Shown: positions 26,562 through 40,077, numbered from the whole stretch's first letter. The stretch: DNA of 61,893 nt, filler included, from Choristocarpus tenellus KU-1152 (GCA_964200185.2; 11 parts of 11 records of this genome joined end to end with filler, not necessarily neighbours in it), one strand, 5' to 3'. A program made the numbers and translations. The notes: generated by a model not told the origin, from the letters alone.

Positions 26562-26818
26562 CTGCAGTAGCGTAGCATTGTACAGTCCATATTAGTGAAT
26601 GTCCACACCATTTTGTTAGGCGGTCATGTGGGAGTGAAGGGGGGGGGGGGGGGGGGGGAGGAAAAAAAAGGAAAAAAAAAAAAAAGGTAAAATGGGTGTA
26701 GGAAAAAAAAAAAAAAAANNNNNNNNNNNNNNNNNNNNNNNNNNNNNNNNNNNNNNNNNNNNTTAATTAATTAANNNNNNNNNNNNNNNNNNNNNNNNNN
26801 NNNNNNNNNNNNNNNNNN

Positions 26819-27900
26819 GTAGTGGAGCTTGAATGCGGGCAGCTAATGAAGCTTCATCAATAATACCCAGCATTCGTTCAGCAACCCCATTAAATTGAGG
26901 GCTGTCTGCAGGTGTGAATTTCTGTCTTATCCCCCAATTACGACAAAGAGCGCCGAAAGCACCCTCATAAAATTCCCCCCCATTATCAGACCGCACATAC
27001 ATGACCCGAGAGGGAGTACCATCAGCCCGGACATCGTCGGCCAGGTACTTCTTGAAGGCTTCGGCGGCATCCGACTTTGCACGAAGGAAATACAACCAAA
27101 CAAAACGAGAATAATTGTCCCGGATAATCATGGTGTATTGCTTACCACCGATTGAAAGGGTAGCCCTCTTCCCACTTAAGTTGACAAAAACCCGATCCAG
27201 CTTTCTTACCGCCCTTGTAGACGTGCTGGACCGAACGCCCTTCCTTATGCCCTTGATCATAGAGCAGCCCGCATATGACTCCAGCTCACCCACCAATGTA
27301 ATGCCCATTGAAGTGGCGGTGGACTTGAGCAATGCCTCGTGTGCGTGGCCATAAGAGCGGTGGAAGGAGGTAATGTCGATGTTGTTGTGGGGAGCGTGGG
27401 GTGCAAGCGAGGGGGCTATAGTGGCCTTTAAAGCAAGTTCAGCATTTCGATCTAACCGCGGCAATATGCGTTGACCATGGAGGGCGTAGTGGCAACCAGG
27501 ATCTCTTGTGAAGTTAAGTACTCCATCTAATAGCGAGAATGTGCTGGCTGTGAAAATGCCTTTTGCACCCTTGTCAGCAGCTGCTTGGCAAGAGAAAGGT
27601 TGAATCCTAGACCAGGGACATGGGCGACATTCTGAAGGAGTATTTCTACCTCCTTGTTGTCAGGTGACGGAAACAAGATGGTTAGATCACCATGACAGCG
27701 ATGCAAAAGGAATTTTGGCTAGAAGTGACTACCCTTTGGTCTCCAACGGAAGGCTTGTAATTTGTCATGGATTTCACCATATTTGTCATGTGACATGAAG
27801 CCGCACTGTCCATTCTTCTCTCTCGCGGCCAACCCCAACACTTGACACCAAACATTCGTTTGCCCCACACTTGCCTGGAGTATTGCTGCTCGGAGAGTCC
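26819..27900 (-). mobile_element. Decayed Ty1/Copia LTR retrotransposon pol fragment (protease, GAG-pre-integrase and integrase core)
   Basis: Protease-like MDSAASCHMT (~27810), then FHRSYGH, RVFVNLSG, IIRDNYSR, VRSDNGGEF and TPADSPQFNGVAER in the Copia order PR-INT. It is frameshifted upstream and cut by the gap. Confidence 0.92.
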
Positions 27901-29224
27901 TCAGTGGCGACCAGTAGTTCATATCGCTCGTCGCCGCAGCTGGTGGTACTATTCACGGTAATGTGGGAAGGATTCGCCTCAGTTTTGATCTCTTCCTTCC
28001 CAGACTGCACCGTAGTCAAGAACACCGAAGTGCATGTATATGCATCATGGGCACGTCCACCACACTTGGCATTTTGTTGGAATTGTTCATTATTTTATAC
28101 TACATTCCCTTGCACAACATCTTCATTATTTTCCAAGAATGATAATCAAGCCCCTAATTTGTCCTTCCGTGTCCTGCCTTTTCTTATCTCAGGTCAGGTG
28201 CTCTAGGCATTGGCGGCATTACAACAGGAAAGGTAACCTCTTGCTTAAAGTATTTTAGTCTGCAATCGAAGATGAAAGCTATCATTGACTGATCCAACAG
28301 TAACCTGCCTCTCTTCTGAAGAAGAGAAGAGGGTGCTGAGAGTCTCATAGGAGGATGTTCTAAAGGGAAAAAAGCAAGGCTCTGCATCAGGGGTGAGAAG
28401 ACAATTCATATGTTCATACAGAGATAGTTCTATTGAAAGCATAGTGTGACCGACCTTTTCTGTCAGTACAAGCTAGGAACCCTCCAAATCAGGGCTAATG
28501 GTGGTTTCACCAGGATGCTGAACTCCTTCTTGCCCGCCATTGTGTTCAACTTAGGATACAGAATATTGAAGTTTACATATAGATGGTTCAATAGGAAGTG
28601 TGGTTTAACACTAAAGGTAGACATAGATAGGAGTACAAAAAAAATGCATACATTTGAAGAAACAAAACACTCTAATCCTGATGCGTTCCTGATGGCCACG
28701 AGAACAACATGCATAGCAGCAGGTAATGTTAGAAGTTCTTGTGCAAGGAAATCACGACTGATGTGTATCCAACAACTGCTGCCAACTGAGAAACCAAAAG
28801 CAGCATTAAATGTTTGAGATTGCACGTCAGCAAACCATTACTGTATGCCTTGTCCTGCTGTATTATTGTGTGAAGAAAGTTTTACATAGGACAAATAAAT
28901 GATAGTAATGTATGTGGAAGAAACTGTCTCAAGTGATGAAGGAGGTTTTAGAGTGAAGGACCAATAGGAGGTATTTTATTGTAGCGAGAAAAGCGAATGC
29001 ACTTCTCTTAGTCTAGGAGAGGGAAAGGAAAGGGGAGGATGGACGGAATAGAAAGCGATACTTATCAGGGAAGACGTATAAGGGGTTTCGAAGGAGAGTG
29101 GGTACACCTACATAAGGTAGGGGAAGGTAGGGGAAGGAGGGTGGAAAATTGACTGCTTGAGTTTCTATTGTATTTGTTTAAGATTGGGAAAGGGAGACAA
29201 TGATTGTCAATAGGAAATGTGCAG

Positions 29225-29624
29225 CAGTGCCAGGGGAACCCCTCCTTCTGGAACCACCACCGTATTTTTTTTTCACTTTTTCGAACGCATTTTCGAAAAC
29301 CTAACCCTATCCCCAACCCTAACCACAACACCAACCCTACCTTGTGCGTGAAGAATATCCCTTAACCAGCCAAGGAAACATTCTAGAAGAAGTTCCACAC
29401 CATGGTGCAGCAGTAGTAGTAGGATAATGTGCAGTGGGGAACCACCACCTTTGAAGGATCCACCTTACTTCACTTTTTAACATAATTTTTTCAAAAACCT
29501 ACCCACAACTGCAACCCTTACCCTAAATCTAAGCTGTGTGTGAAAAATATCTCTGACCTTGGTTTGAGGCAATGAAAAAAGTGTGATAGTGGGGGTTCCG
29601 GAAGGACGGGGTCCCCTTCACGGT
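29225..29624. mobile_element. Putative non-autonomous element with inverted termini, an internal duplication and telomere-like motifs
   Basis: GGGGAACCCCTCCTTCTGGAACCACCAC (29233) is inverted against GTGGGGGTTCCGGAAGGACGGGGTCCCC (29589-29616). Two related subunits each carry degenerate CCCTAA followed by GTG(C/T)GTGAA(G/A)AATATC. Confidence 0.55.
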
Positions 29625-30459
29625 CCAACTTCTAGATTTTGTGTGTTGGACTTTTGGAAGAGTGAAGAAGAGACTAAAGAGATCTGAACTACCATGGAAA
29701 TAGCACGACAGGGAGATGACATTTCAGTACTTGTTCTTGTTGAGTAGCATGCAGTAGTAGATAGGTTGAATCAGATGTGAAAGAAAGTGCCTTGTGTTAG
29801 GACTCATGGAGGAGGAATGCACCAAGGGAAGAAATTTGATGGGTGGTTGCGTTAAGTACGTGTATAATTGCGGGGGACATGCTCGCAACATTACGTTTTT
29901 CAAACATCAATCGATTTTCCAAATGAATACATTCCACGTTATTATTTTCCTCCCCCATTTATTCCCCAATTCCCCCAATAATTATAACATATATTTTTGA
30001 ATTTCATTTATGTCATTATCTCAACTAATTATACATAGAGTTGCATCATCGAAGACAAATTTCGTACAATGAAGTGTGGTGTGGGAGGGTTCAAGCAAAT
30101 CCAAAATCATCTGTGGACACTTTTGATCTCGTTATTAAATTTTTGATGGTCAACCTCGCTTGACTCGATTTCTTCACAAACATGTTCCACATCGCAGCTG
30201 GGTGACACTACTACTATACTATCAAGGAAATAAATCTTACATCAGTTGAACGAAGTGGACAATTAGCAGGAGAGCTTCTTTACCTTTACCTATGGATGAA
30301 CGTGCCTTTAGGTGTGGCGAGAGGTGTTTTCCGCGGAAGGATTTGCAGGTTGGGAGATAGATGTGGTGCTGTAGTCGTTGCCCCTACCTGCTCTTGCCGC
30401 CAGTCTGTTTTTTCACCGCTTGTCACTGCAATCTAGCGACCACTGTATCTTTCCTTTTG

Positions 30460-32467
30460 ATGACTGACATGAAGGTGACGAAGACCACTATATTAGGCAC
30501 TCTTGGCGTCACATTCTTCACGTCGGGACTTCTCTGCGACCATGGGCTTATCGGGTTTGTCTATAGCGTTTTGGCGTTAGACAAAGCTGTTGACGATCCC
30601 GATGAGAGGCCGGGCCCTTGGTTTGCAGAGGGCGGACCCTTTGACTACGAAAAATTATACCATGGCGCTAAACAGCGTTTGCTGGATTTGGACAAGCAAT
30701 CGGGAGGGACACACTATCGCGATGCGATGGAGCAGTGCAAGGATTTTTACGAGGTGATAGAGTTTGAATTTTCTCCCCAAGAGTCGAGAAGAGCACCAAT
30801 TCCTGCTTCTAGTTTTCCGGGCTCCATCGTTGTATTATTAGTGGGGCACCAACCAGCATTTTATTGATGATTGTCTAGACCTCATTCCTTGCCTTCCATC
30901 ATCCACTTTTTGTTTTCCCCAGTCCAATTCGAAGGAGGCCTTCGACTCCAGTGAAAGGCGTCCCCCGATTGGCACATTCACTGTGCCTGCTTTCTCCCTC
31001 CCAGGTGGTGGAGTGCTCCTCTTTTCCCCACATTATATCTCTTCCGAGATGAAGGCTGAGCTTGACGGGATGGGTGGTGTCCGCGCCGCATTCCTTCCTT
31101 GTGCGTTCCACAATATGTTTACTGCTCAGGTCAAGACTCTTTGGCCCAAATGCGTCCTTATAGGGCCGGCGTCCTGTGCTGGTCTTGCCGCTTCCGCCTT
31201 CGCTGCCGCTTCCACTCCATCTGAGCAGCAAGTATTCTTCGACGTGGAGGTCGAAGCATCCATGCAAGATCCGAAACTCCGAGAGTTACTTGATGCTGGC
31301 GGATTTCAACCGATCCCTATCGACGGTTTGGCAGGTCAGGCTGGCAATGGCGCTGGTGAATTTGCTCTTCTACACAGACCCTCAGGTGTGCTGGCCACGA
31401 GTGACTTACTGTACACCCTAACCCCTGGCGGTAGGCTCAACTTTAGTGCTCCACGGTGTGCCCCTGAGTGGGACTGGATGAGTGAACTCATGAGTGCATT
31501 GCACTCCCAGCCTGTCATGGTCGGGATACCAGAGAGGGCCATGCCATCCACTTACCGTGTGACAATGCTTGCCAAGGCCCGGGCTGAGCCTGGAGATGAG
31601 GATAGAAACGAGAAGGTGGGAGGAGAAGTGGCAAAGGAAAGGAGTCTGGCTGTGGGGGAGGCAATTTCCACCCTTCTGAATCGCATACGAAAGCTCGAGG
31701 CTGACGTGAGTGGGGACAAATTTGCAGAGTCAGGGTATATTCAAGGTTGTATCCACTGGGCAGCACAATACAGCGTTGTGTTGCCTATCTTGTTCTACAT
31801 TATCCACATTGAAACTATCCAGGAGTGAGGACTGTTTAGTGAAGTTGTATACTTGTGTTGGTGTTCTGTCCTTCTTTCAAGTTAATCTAACCGCTTAAGA
31901 GGGGGGAAAGTATGCTGCATGCTCGAGCTGGTAAGGACTATTGTGGGTGGGTTTCTAGGTCATGTTGTGGGAACCGCACTTGATGCCTCTCTCACAACCT
32001 AATCGTCAGCAGAAGGAGAGGTTGCCATATTATTTGCTGCTCCCACACAACATGCTAGGTGCTCCATAACTCCCAACTTCCCTAGCCTGCATAAAGTCCA
32101 TTTAGGTCTAACCTGACACACCTGAACTTTTTTGAAAACCTAAAGTGTGAAGAGCTACTCGAAAGCTTTGATACTGTGCTATTCCACCTCCTACCTTTTC
32201 TTCTGTGGTCCACCCTATTGCCGTGCCCACTTGACATGCATTCATTAACACTACTTCATTAATGCCTCGCGACAATCCACAACCAACAATTTTGTGAATG
32301 CTTTGCAGGGTTCCATGCAGTACGTCCATGGGTGCCACGTACCGGGGATTGTGAAAGCAGCAGACGGTGTGCGACTGATTGAGGAACACTGGGGGTGGGC
32401 GGCTGGTTCAGCAAATGAAGCTAAAGCGATCTGGGAACGAGTCAAGAAGGCGGTCTGCAGTTCATAG
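30460..32467 (+). CDS. DUF4336-like (metallo-beta-lactamase-fold) protein, ~411 aa, 3 exons
   Basis: Exons 30460-30753, 30923-31705 and 32309-32467 have phase-0 GT-AG introns and end in TAG. The motifs LPGGGVLLFSP..AELDGMGGVRAAFLPCAFHNMF..WP, EFALLHRPSGVLATSDL and YVHGCH resemble DUF4336. Confidence 0.75.
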
Positions 32468-34149
32468 AAAACAATTTGAGGGGTAAAGGGTGATTGGATG
32501 GGCTTCTTGTTCCTGCCCTTGCTCTTTCCCTCATGGCAAGCACCAGCTGCCATGCAAGTCCTGTCTTTTTTTTCCCTTTACTCTGGAGGCAGTTGGATGT
32601 ACTTGCACCACCACCTGTTGCTCTGTCGGTTGTGTTTACTGGTGTGAATGAATTGTTGTGCAATTTCACTGCAACGTTGAAGTTGCCATGACCAGCCCAC
32701 TGTGCTTTTCAACAACTGCTGCAGTTCCTATTTCATTTTGTACTGGAGGGGTTTTGTAGGGTTCATCAACTCATGTTACGAAGTATCCCAGTCACCCACT
32801 TATGCATGCCTGCAGATATTATATTAACCCACCCACTGACTACTTCGCACTTAGCATTCATTCTCCTTTTCCTGGGCTTGTTATAGGTTAAGTTGCCAGT
32901 ATGCCACACCTTAAGTAAGAGTGCAAATTTTTATTTGAATTTTTGATGACACGATTGAGATATGTTGACAGTGTACACGTGAACCGTATGTGCATTATTT
33001 CTTGTTCTTCTAATTTGCCTACAACTATCCCTCTACTGGTGGAGTCATGGTGAGGTCGAGTTGTATGGGATATACACAAAAAAAATCATGTTGATTATCT
33101 GTATCCACCGCAAAGATAGTCTGAGGACCTATGTTTAATTAAGCAGAATATCTTCCTTAATTCTGCAATGTTCGTTATCATGCCGCTCAATACTAGTGAA
33201 CGCTACACTCCCAGATAAAGATCCTGTCTTTTTGTGCTCAGCCCTACCCCACTCTACAATATAGTTGCACAAGCACATCCACATCTCATCAACAGTCGGT
33301 CAATATGCACCCTCTCCAGAGTACCAAACATTGATATCGATAGAATGGAAATATGGTGTTGTATCAACAGTCTCGAAAGATTCCTGCGATGGTGGGTGTA
33401 TGATAACTGGAAGATCATGCGCGAGTTACTTGAAATACGGTAAATACTGAAGTGTGGATGGTATTGAAGTTGTGTAAATCTTTATTGAAAATGATATTGT
33501 TCATGCCCTAGAGGAGGACTGGACGTACAAATACCTATGTTGCAATCCTCATTTCTATATACATGGTGTAACTCTTGGTGGTGTAGGAAGACAAGAGGTG
33601 ATGATATTCATACTGTTGCTGGCGGGGAAAGGACAGAGATCCTTTCATTTGTGAATGTAATATTCCCCCTTTTTTTTATGGAATATGTTTTATGTCGTTG
33701 GGGGCTGCTTGTGTTGGTAGGTACGGTGAAGGGGTGAATGTTGGGGGGGGNNNNNNNNNNNNNNNNNNNNNNNNNNNNNNNNNNNNNNNNNNNNTTAATT
33801 AATTAANNNNNNNNNNNNNNNNNNNNNNNNNNNNNNNNNNNNNNNNNNNNTGTCAGATAGCCTTCTCTTGATACTCCACTCAGTGCTTAGCTCAAAGCTT
33901 GACTCAATATTTCGTTCAAAAGATAGACAAAATGTCTATCAATAACATAAAAATCTGTAAGTCATAGCAAGACTTTTCACACTGGTTAGAGTGCGAAAAG
34001 GCAGACATGCTATTCGCCTATAACATGCCCCCCAGCGTGAACTAGGAATACATGTTTCACGCTTACCACAGGCGATTGTGATGGATCAAGACAATAGATA
34101 TCATCCAAACGCAACTGTGTTTCTGTTACAGGCGCCCCCGAAAGCTTAC

Positions 34150-34745
34150 CTCCACAGGATGTATAGCTCCAATCTACGGGCTTATAGATGATACTGATGT
34201 ACGCATAGGACTCCTGATGTACAAGTGATCAGGTATGCTGAATCTCTCACTTGAATTATCATCAATATCATCGTATGTATAAGAAAGGAACTGATCAACG
34301 ATGTCTTATCACAATTGGAGACCATAATGACCAAATAATAAATAATCAAGAAGTACAAATATATCAAGTCTAGAACTTCAATGTCATAATAATGGTGTTT
34401 ATGAAACCGCCATCAAGACATATCGCCTGTAACACTACCCCTTCTTTTGATATACAATCTCCTGTTCAAATAGCAGCTATACAAGCAAAAGTTCCTTCTA
34501 CCCCATTTCGTTTGAAGGAAAAAATTTCCATTCCACCAGAATCTGAAACGCTTGTATCTGCTGTAAGTGAGGAAAACCCCGCTGTAACTTGTGATGATGC
34601 TGTTGTAGAACCACGTATCTGTTCATTTCCTGATATTAATTCATTAAATATTATTGATCCTTGGCAATTTATTGCTGTTGCTCGAACAGTTACAACATGG
34701 GATTATGATGATACTGCTGCTCCTACTGCTACGGTATGCAATTGA
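34150..34745 (+). mobile_element. Probable Ty3/Gypsy remnant (region between protease and RT)
   Basis: The ORF contains ISIPPESETLV...VVEP...VARTV, a pattern typical of the Gypsy post-protease spacer. No RT or integrase is visible. Confidence 0.4.
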
Positions 34746-35372
34746 TGCAGCAGCTGTTCTCAATGCTACACCTCTCTAAAAAATATTTTACAAAACATTA
34801 CAAGAACTGCTACTACTGCTGTTACTACTACTACAACTACTACTACAACTGCTACTACAATATGTAATGTGTATGCTGCTTTTCTTTCAACCTAGCATAG
34901 CCCTACGATGGAGGCCATGGAGCTAGGGAAGCACCCCAAGAATCTGTTAAGCCCATTCAATGTTGCCCACCTGCCTGGTGTCTCTAGCTTGAAACGCACG
35001 ACACGTCTTAACAGAGCCATTTGTTGTCCAATACTGATTGACACTATCTGTCTTAAACAGGACTTGATAACGTGTTTCCTCCAATAACCTCAAACCCTTT
35101 CCCCCCTACTCCATCTATCGCCAACTCGTCCATGATATCCCTTCTCATTCACAATCTCTGGTAACAGCTTTTCTTTTTGTGAGCATCACTGATACATCAA
35201 ACCAAATTTCACAATTAACCAACCAACCAATCGATCAATCGATGTCATGAACCTAACTTGAGAAGTCAACCAATGATGTTGTTATAACGGCAAGTTATTT
35301 GTTGTGAGAAGAATTGCACGTTAGGTTAACCTTAGTAAGATTGAAATAGGATAATTGAAACACAACACAACA

Positions 35373-36603
35373 ATGGTCACCCCAACCATTCTCATGCGTC
35401 AATTAGTTTCTGCCATCTACTCATCAACTAGATTCGTCAATAATTCACGCAGACCATTTGGTCGCTACATAAGGCGACCCCTTTGCGCAGACTCACCGAC
35501 GACACCTCAAGATCCCCCTTTCCGCCTACCTCCCCCAAGTTGGTCGTTGGCCGATCTCCAATTGACGCGACAGGCGACCGAGGACTTGGAATCGCTTGTC
35601 CTTTCTCGAGAGGAGGTGAGTTCGTATACCCCCAATCTGCGGGAATTCTAGTTTTTGTAGGTAAACGAAATGGCAAATGACCGAACTGATCTAGACAATG
35701 AAGCAATTTTCTTTGAGATCCTTTATGCTGCTAGCCTTGAGTGGATTGTGTACACTGACTCTGATCCTTCAGAACCCAGTTGCATGTCGTGTGTGCATAT
35801 CTTCCGGAACTATTCGCAAGCGCTCATGAACGATAAAATGGCAAATTGAGCAGAAGCTGCACACACACCAAACACAGCACCGAAACTATCTTATCACAGT
35901 GATGGACCAAGCACAACTGATGTGTTTTTTGGTTCAACTAGATAGCCTAACATAGACTACTGAAGAATGTTTCACTGCCCGCTATGATACGTTCTTTATC
36001 TATGCAAGGTTGTGAAATTGTGTGAATTGGCCCACATTGACCTGGCGACTGAGAGTGGAGATAAGAATGGTTTGGACGTTGCAAGTGTGCAGCGTGACGT
36101 CAGCGCAATGCTCCGCTGTATGCGCACAATGAAAAACGCTAGATCAATGAACAACGGAAGCGAAGGAGATGGGGAATTGGGATCAGACTGGGGACCATGG
36201 GGCAACACCATAGACTGGGCTGCCCCTTTGCGAGAGGTGTGCGGTCACATGAACTCGGATGTCCCTACCGCGTCACTCAATTCAGCACAACAACCATCGC
36301 AGCGTGTGTTCCTTCGACTGCTCTGTGGCATACTGCTTTTCTGCATGCATGTATTTTGTACATACCATCACATTTCACACGATGGCAAGTCCTGGAGTGA
36401 GTATCGACAGTAGATGGAGGTCACAATATGTGAAAAATCCCCTTACACCCCCCTACTTATTGTGTTCACTTTCTTGACCAACCCAGGACAAAGTCACCGA
36501 TGGAGACATGGCAAATGAAATCACTCAAGGTGCTACTGGGGCAGTTGGAGGATACTTCACAGCCCCCAAGGTGGTTGGAGGGGAGGAGGAGGATGGATTA
36601 TGA
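35373..36603 (+). CDS. gatC: Glu-tRNA(Gln) amidotransferase subunit C, organellar (likely mitochondrial), 195 aa, 3 exons
   Basis: Exons 35373-35615, 36009-36236 and 36487-36603 join in frame. GatC motifs LSREEVVKLCELAHI, APLREDKVTDG and GYFTAPKVV are present. The N-terminus is Arg/Ser-rich and free of acidic residues, like a presequence. Confidence 0.88.
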
Positions 36604-37613
36604 CAAGGAGGGTTGGGGGGTCCAGTCGCTTCCACGAGGTTTTCGGTGAAGGCTTGTCCACTCTGACTCCACATAGAGCTGTTCAAATATCTCAGTTGAT
36701 GGATACTGGATTTCCTTAGTGATATATGTATTTTCTACCCATCACAGTGGTGCTGAAGCCTTATGAGAACAATGATGCCAAGATTCACTGTTTAGAGGAG
36801 GCAAAGCGTGTGTACACGACCGACTCAACATGCCCATGGAGCAAGTTTGTTTCACTGTGTAAATAACGTTTTGTTCATACCAGGTAATCTAATCCTCAAT
36901 TTCAGCACAAGCCATTACTGCTGGCCTTTGCCCTGCAGTTGACTCAACACTCCATACTAACACATGAACAGCATACACTCTCAACGTGAGAATATCATCC
37001 CACATACTCTGACACACACACAATCCCAGAGGCAAAACCAATCCAGATACACCTGCTACATCTAGTTCCATACCTTAGGGAAAACTACTTCCACCCCACT
37101 CTCTCCATTGGGCAAGGGTCTGACATTCTCATCCTCATGGGATAAAAAATGGTAAATAAGATCTACTCCACTACTTGACCGACCTTCCATGTCTTCCATG
37201 CTTTGACCTTACAGCATGAGTACTGAACACAACACTCAACAAAGGCTGCGATCACTCCTTCATGTGCAAACAAGGTCTTAGCCTTCAACTAACCCCAACA
37301 CCGGTACAGTATCATTAATGCTACTGCTTACAACCCTCCCTGATATCAACTAGGCATGTACTCTGCCCTTGACTATTCACGTTCAACTCAAGACCATCAA
37401 CGGCCCGGCCCCTTGGGCCACTTCAAAACAAGTCTCAAATACCTCAAACAAAAACTTCATTTATACAAAACAACTACTAAGCTGTCCACATCCCCATCAG
37501 TACAGAAATGCACTACATCATCAACTTCAATCCCGACCATGTAAGTCCCACTAAAACCTCGGCTCCCAATGACGTTTCCGCCCACCCCCTCAGACAACTA
37601 CAATTCAGTGCTG

Positions 37614-37910
37614 TCACGTTTCATCATCATCATCATCCCCTTCCTCAAAATCAAACATTGACCCACCCCCACGCATGCCTGGTGTCCGCGGTGCCAAGCC
37701 CTTGGCAATTGCCTTGGTCCCAATAGATTTCCTCTTTCCCAGTGTGTCCCGGATCAGCTCCCGACGCAATTTCTCATTTCGTCTTGTGGTTCCATCTCCT
37801 GAGCTTGCCCTAGCAGCAAATGAGCCTCTGGAAGTGAGGGAGGCAGCAGAGCTCCTGTGCATTTGTGAGCAGCCAGGTCGGAGATGAGAACTTCCAGTTG
37901 GGGTGTTCAT
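37614..37910 (-). CDS. Possible exon of an unknown gene converging on gatC
   Basis: Open frame RSSAASLTSRGSFAARASSGDGTTRRNEKLRRELIRDTLGKRKSIGTKAIAKGLAPRTP. Other exon-like pieces lie at ~38213-38245 and ~37074-37135. The splicing is not resolved. Confidence 0.35.
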   Translation of the reverse strand: MNTPTGSSHLRPGCSQMHRSSAASLTSRGSFAARASSGDGTTRRNEKLRRELIRDTLGKRKSIGTKAIAKGLAPRTPGMRGGGSMFDFEEGDDDDDET

Positions 37911-39901
37911 AGGTTGTAGGTGTCACATGGCAATTTGCATTTCAGTTAGATTTTCAACATGTTGAAGGCTGTGCTATTCTCCTTGATATCCATCTCACAG
38001 AGACCACAAAAAATCCTTCGAAAAAAGGGAGCAACTGCGAGAGGCGTTATTACAAGGATCAAAGAAACAAAAGAAATAAAGAGTTTGCTCTCATGCTCTC
38101 GGAGTGGGAGGCACTTACTAGTTTGAAAATTTACGCCCCACTCTAGACATTGGCCCTACACTGCACCTGGTAGTTTTTAAAACAGGAATCGTAATACAAG
38201 TACAAAATCTGACCTTCACAGGGGGTACAGACAAGCGCACTCTCCTGTCAACCGATTATGTAAGGCAATGAAAGATGAGGTCAAAAGGTAAGCAGAAGAT
38301 ATGCAATTGCAAGGAACCTCCTAAAACTGAACCACCACTACCTTTCAGTCTCATTGGATCACACCAAAATCGAACAAACACGCCATGTTGATATCCCCAC
38401 AGTTGAAGGCCAAAAAACATCCAAGTGCGAACCAAAGCACACAATATTTCTCACATCTTCCTCCACAATATGAATCACTGTGCAAGAGGGGTGCTTTCCC
38501 ACTTGTGTAAAATGGGGCATATAACAAACGCCAGGTCACAATCCATCAGACTCAACTTTGGTACAAGACAAACCAACTGTTAAGTATATCCCTAGTCAAA
38601 ACACTCAGCATACACACACAGAATGTCAAATACACAACGGTAACCAATTTGCACTACTCGGGGGGGGGGGCAAGGAGAGCGGAATGCTCGTCATCAACCA
38701 TCTCATCAACACATAGAGTGAAAACAGATCCCACCCCCNNNNNNNNNNNNNNNNNNNNNNNNNNNNNNNNNNNNNNNNNNNNTTAATTAATTAANNNNNN
38801 NNNNNNNNNNNNNNNNNNNNNNNNNNNNNNNNNNNNNNATTCAACACAATAATCTCATATACACAAAATAAGGTACACTTCACTATTGTCCTATTTTGCA
38901 CAAAAACGTGTTAGTTATGAAATTGAACTTGTGCTGTGTAGATAGATGACTTTGGATTATCAATAACAAAAGGATTTAACATACTTGATACTTGAAAATA
39001 CAATACTAATAGATAACTGAACTGCCACGATTAGAGGTCTACAAATATTATTAGTTGCTCAAGATCTGTTTCGTTTCCAGTAAGGGAATATTGTTGTACT
39101 CATGGTTACACTATGTTGACGGTTGATCCGGGGCCTACACTTACTTAGACTTCTTGTTAACTACTTTTGTTTGTAAATATGTCACTTCTGTAAGTTCAAT
39201 GAATGGTGCTTCCGAGTCAACCTCTTGCTGATAATGCTTTTGAAACCAAAGAATCTACCACAAATATATGACATAGAGTTTATGCTTTCCATTTTCGGTA
39301 CCATATGTTGCAAGACAAGAAGTCAAATCTACTAGAAGGAAGTCGTGGATGATACTCTTTGAAGGGACTGATATGGTGTAACCTCCTTTATTTCTCATCT
39401 CGCTTTGTGCACCAGTAGATTTTGAAACGAGGTGTAGCACTATGTTTGATCATAACCTAACCTGACCACTCCTAATGATACCCCACGTGGTATAGGCCAC
39501 AATGCACTGCCAAAGTTCCTGACCAGTTATCACCACCTGCAACATAAAGCACAAGCTCTCTGCTTCTTGTAAAACTGTCCCCAATATCAGCTTGAAGCCC
39601 AGAAACCAGAACATGGATCTCCTTAAACCCTATACCCAAAGGGTGCCAAGATAAGAGAGGGGCACAGAGGTGTACCGGTCATGATGCTGCAAGTGGAGAG
39701 ATGATGAAGACGAATCCGTAAGATGATGGTCACAAGTCAGAAAGAGGTAACATTTGTCTGCTTATTTTCGTAGATGAGACTTCCAGGTCGCCCTTTAGAT
39801 TTTCCAGTGTCATACAATAAGGTAGTAGGGGTTGCACAGTATTTGTCAGAACTTTGCTTGAATCTCATACGGGTGAAAGGTGTATACAATCACGGTGTAA
39901 A

Positions 39902-40077
39902 GGCTCGAAATATGTGGGGGGGGTGGTGGCTGCTGTCCAATCGGGGCCCATTTTTCCATGTCGTAATTTTTGTGTGATTTGGTTGCATGTGTCGGATGGG
40001 TAATGTAGATGCACTTCTCCTGGAAGCCCCAAATGGCCACCCTGATGTAGACCCCCCCCCACCAGATACTTCGCGCC
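39902..40077 (-). mobile_element. MITE family A, complete copy
   Basis: TIRs GGCTCGAAATATGTG(n) ... CCAGATACTTCGCGCC with an AAA direct repeat on both flanks. Confidence 0.85.

Noticed and set aside
28200-29160. Possible LINE endonuclease/RT fragment
   Set aside because: No diagnostic motif could be read in any frame.
31706-31828. C-terminus of the 281-aa ORF as the real protein end
   Set aside because: A strong GTGAGT donor at 31706 and an in-frame downstream exon supplying the GCH motif indicate this part is intron.
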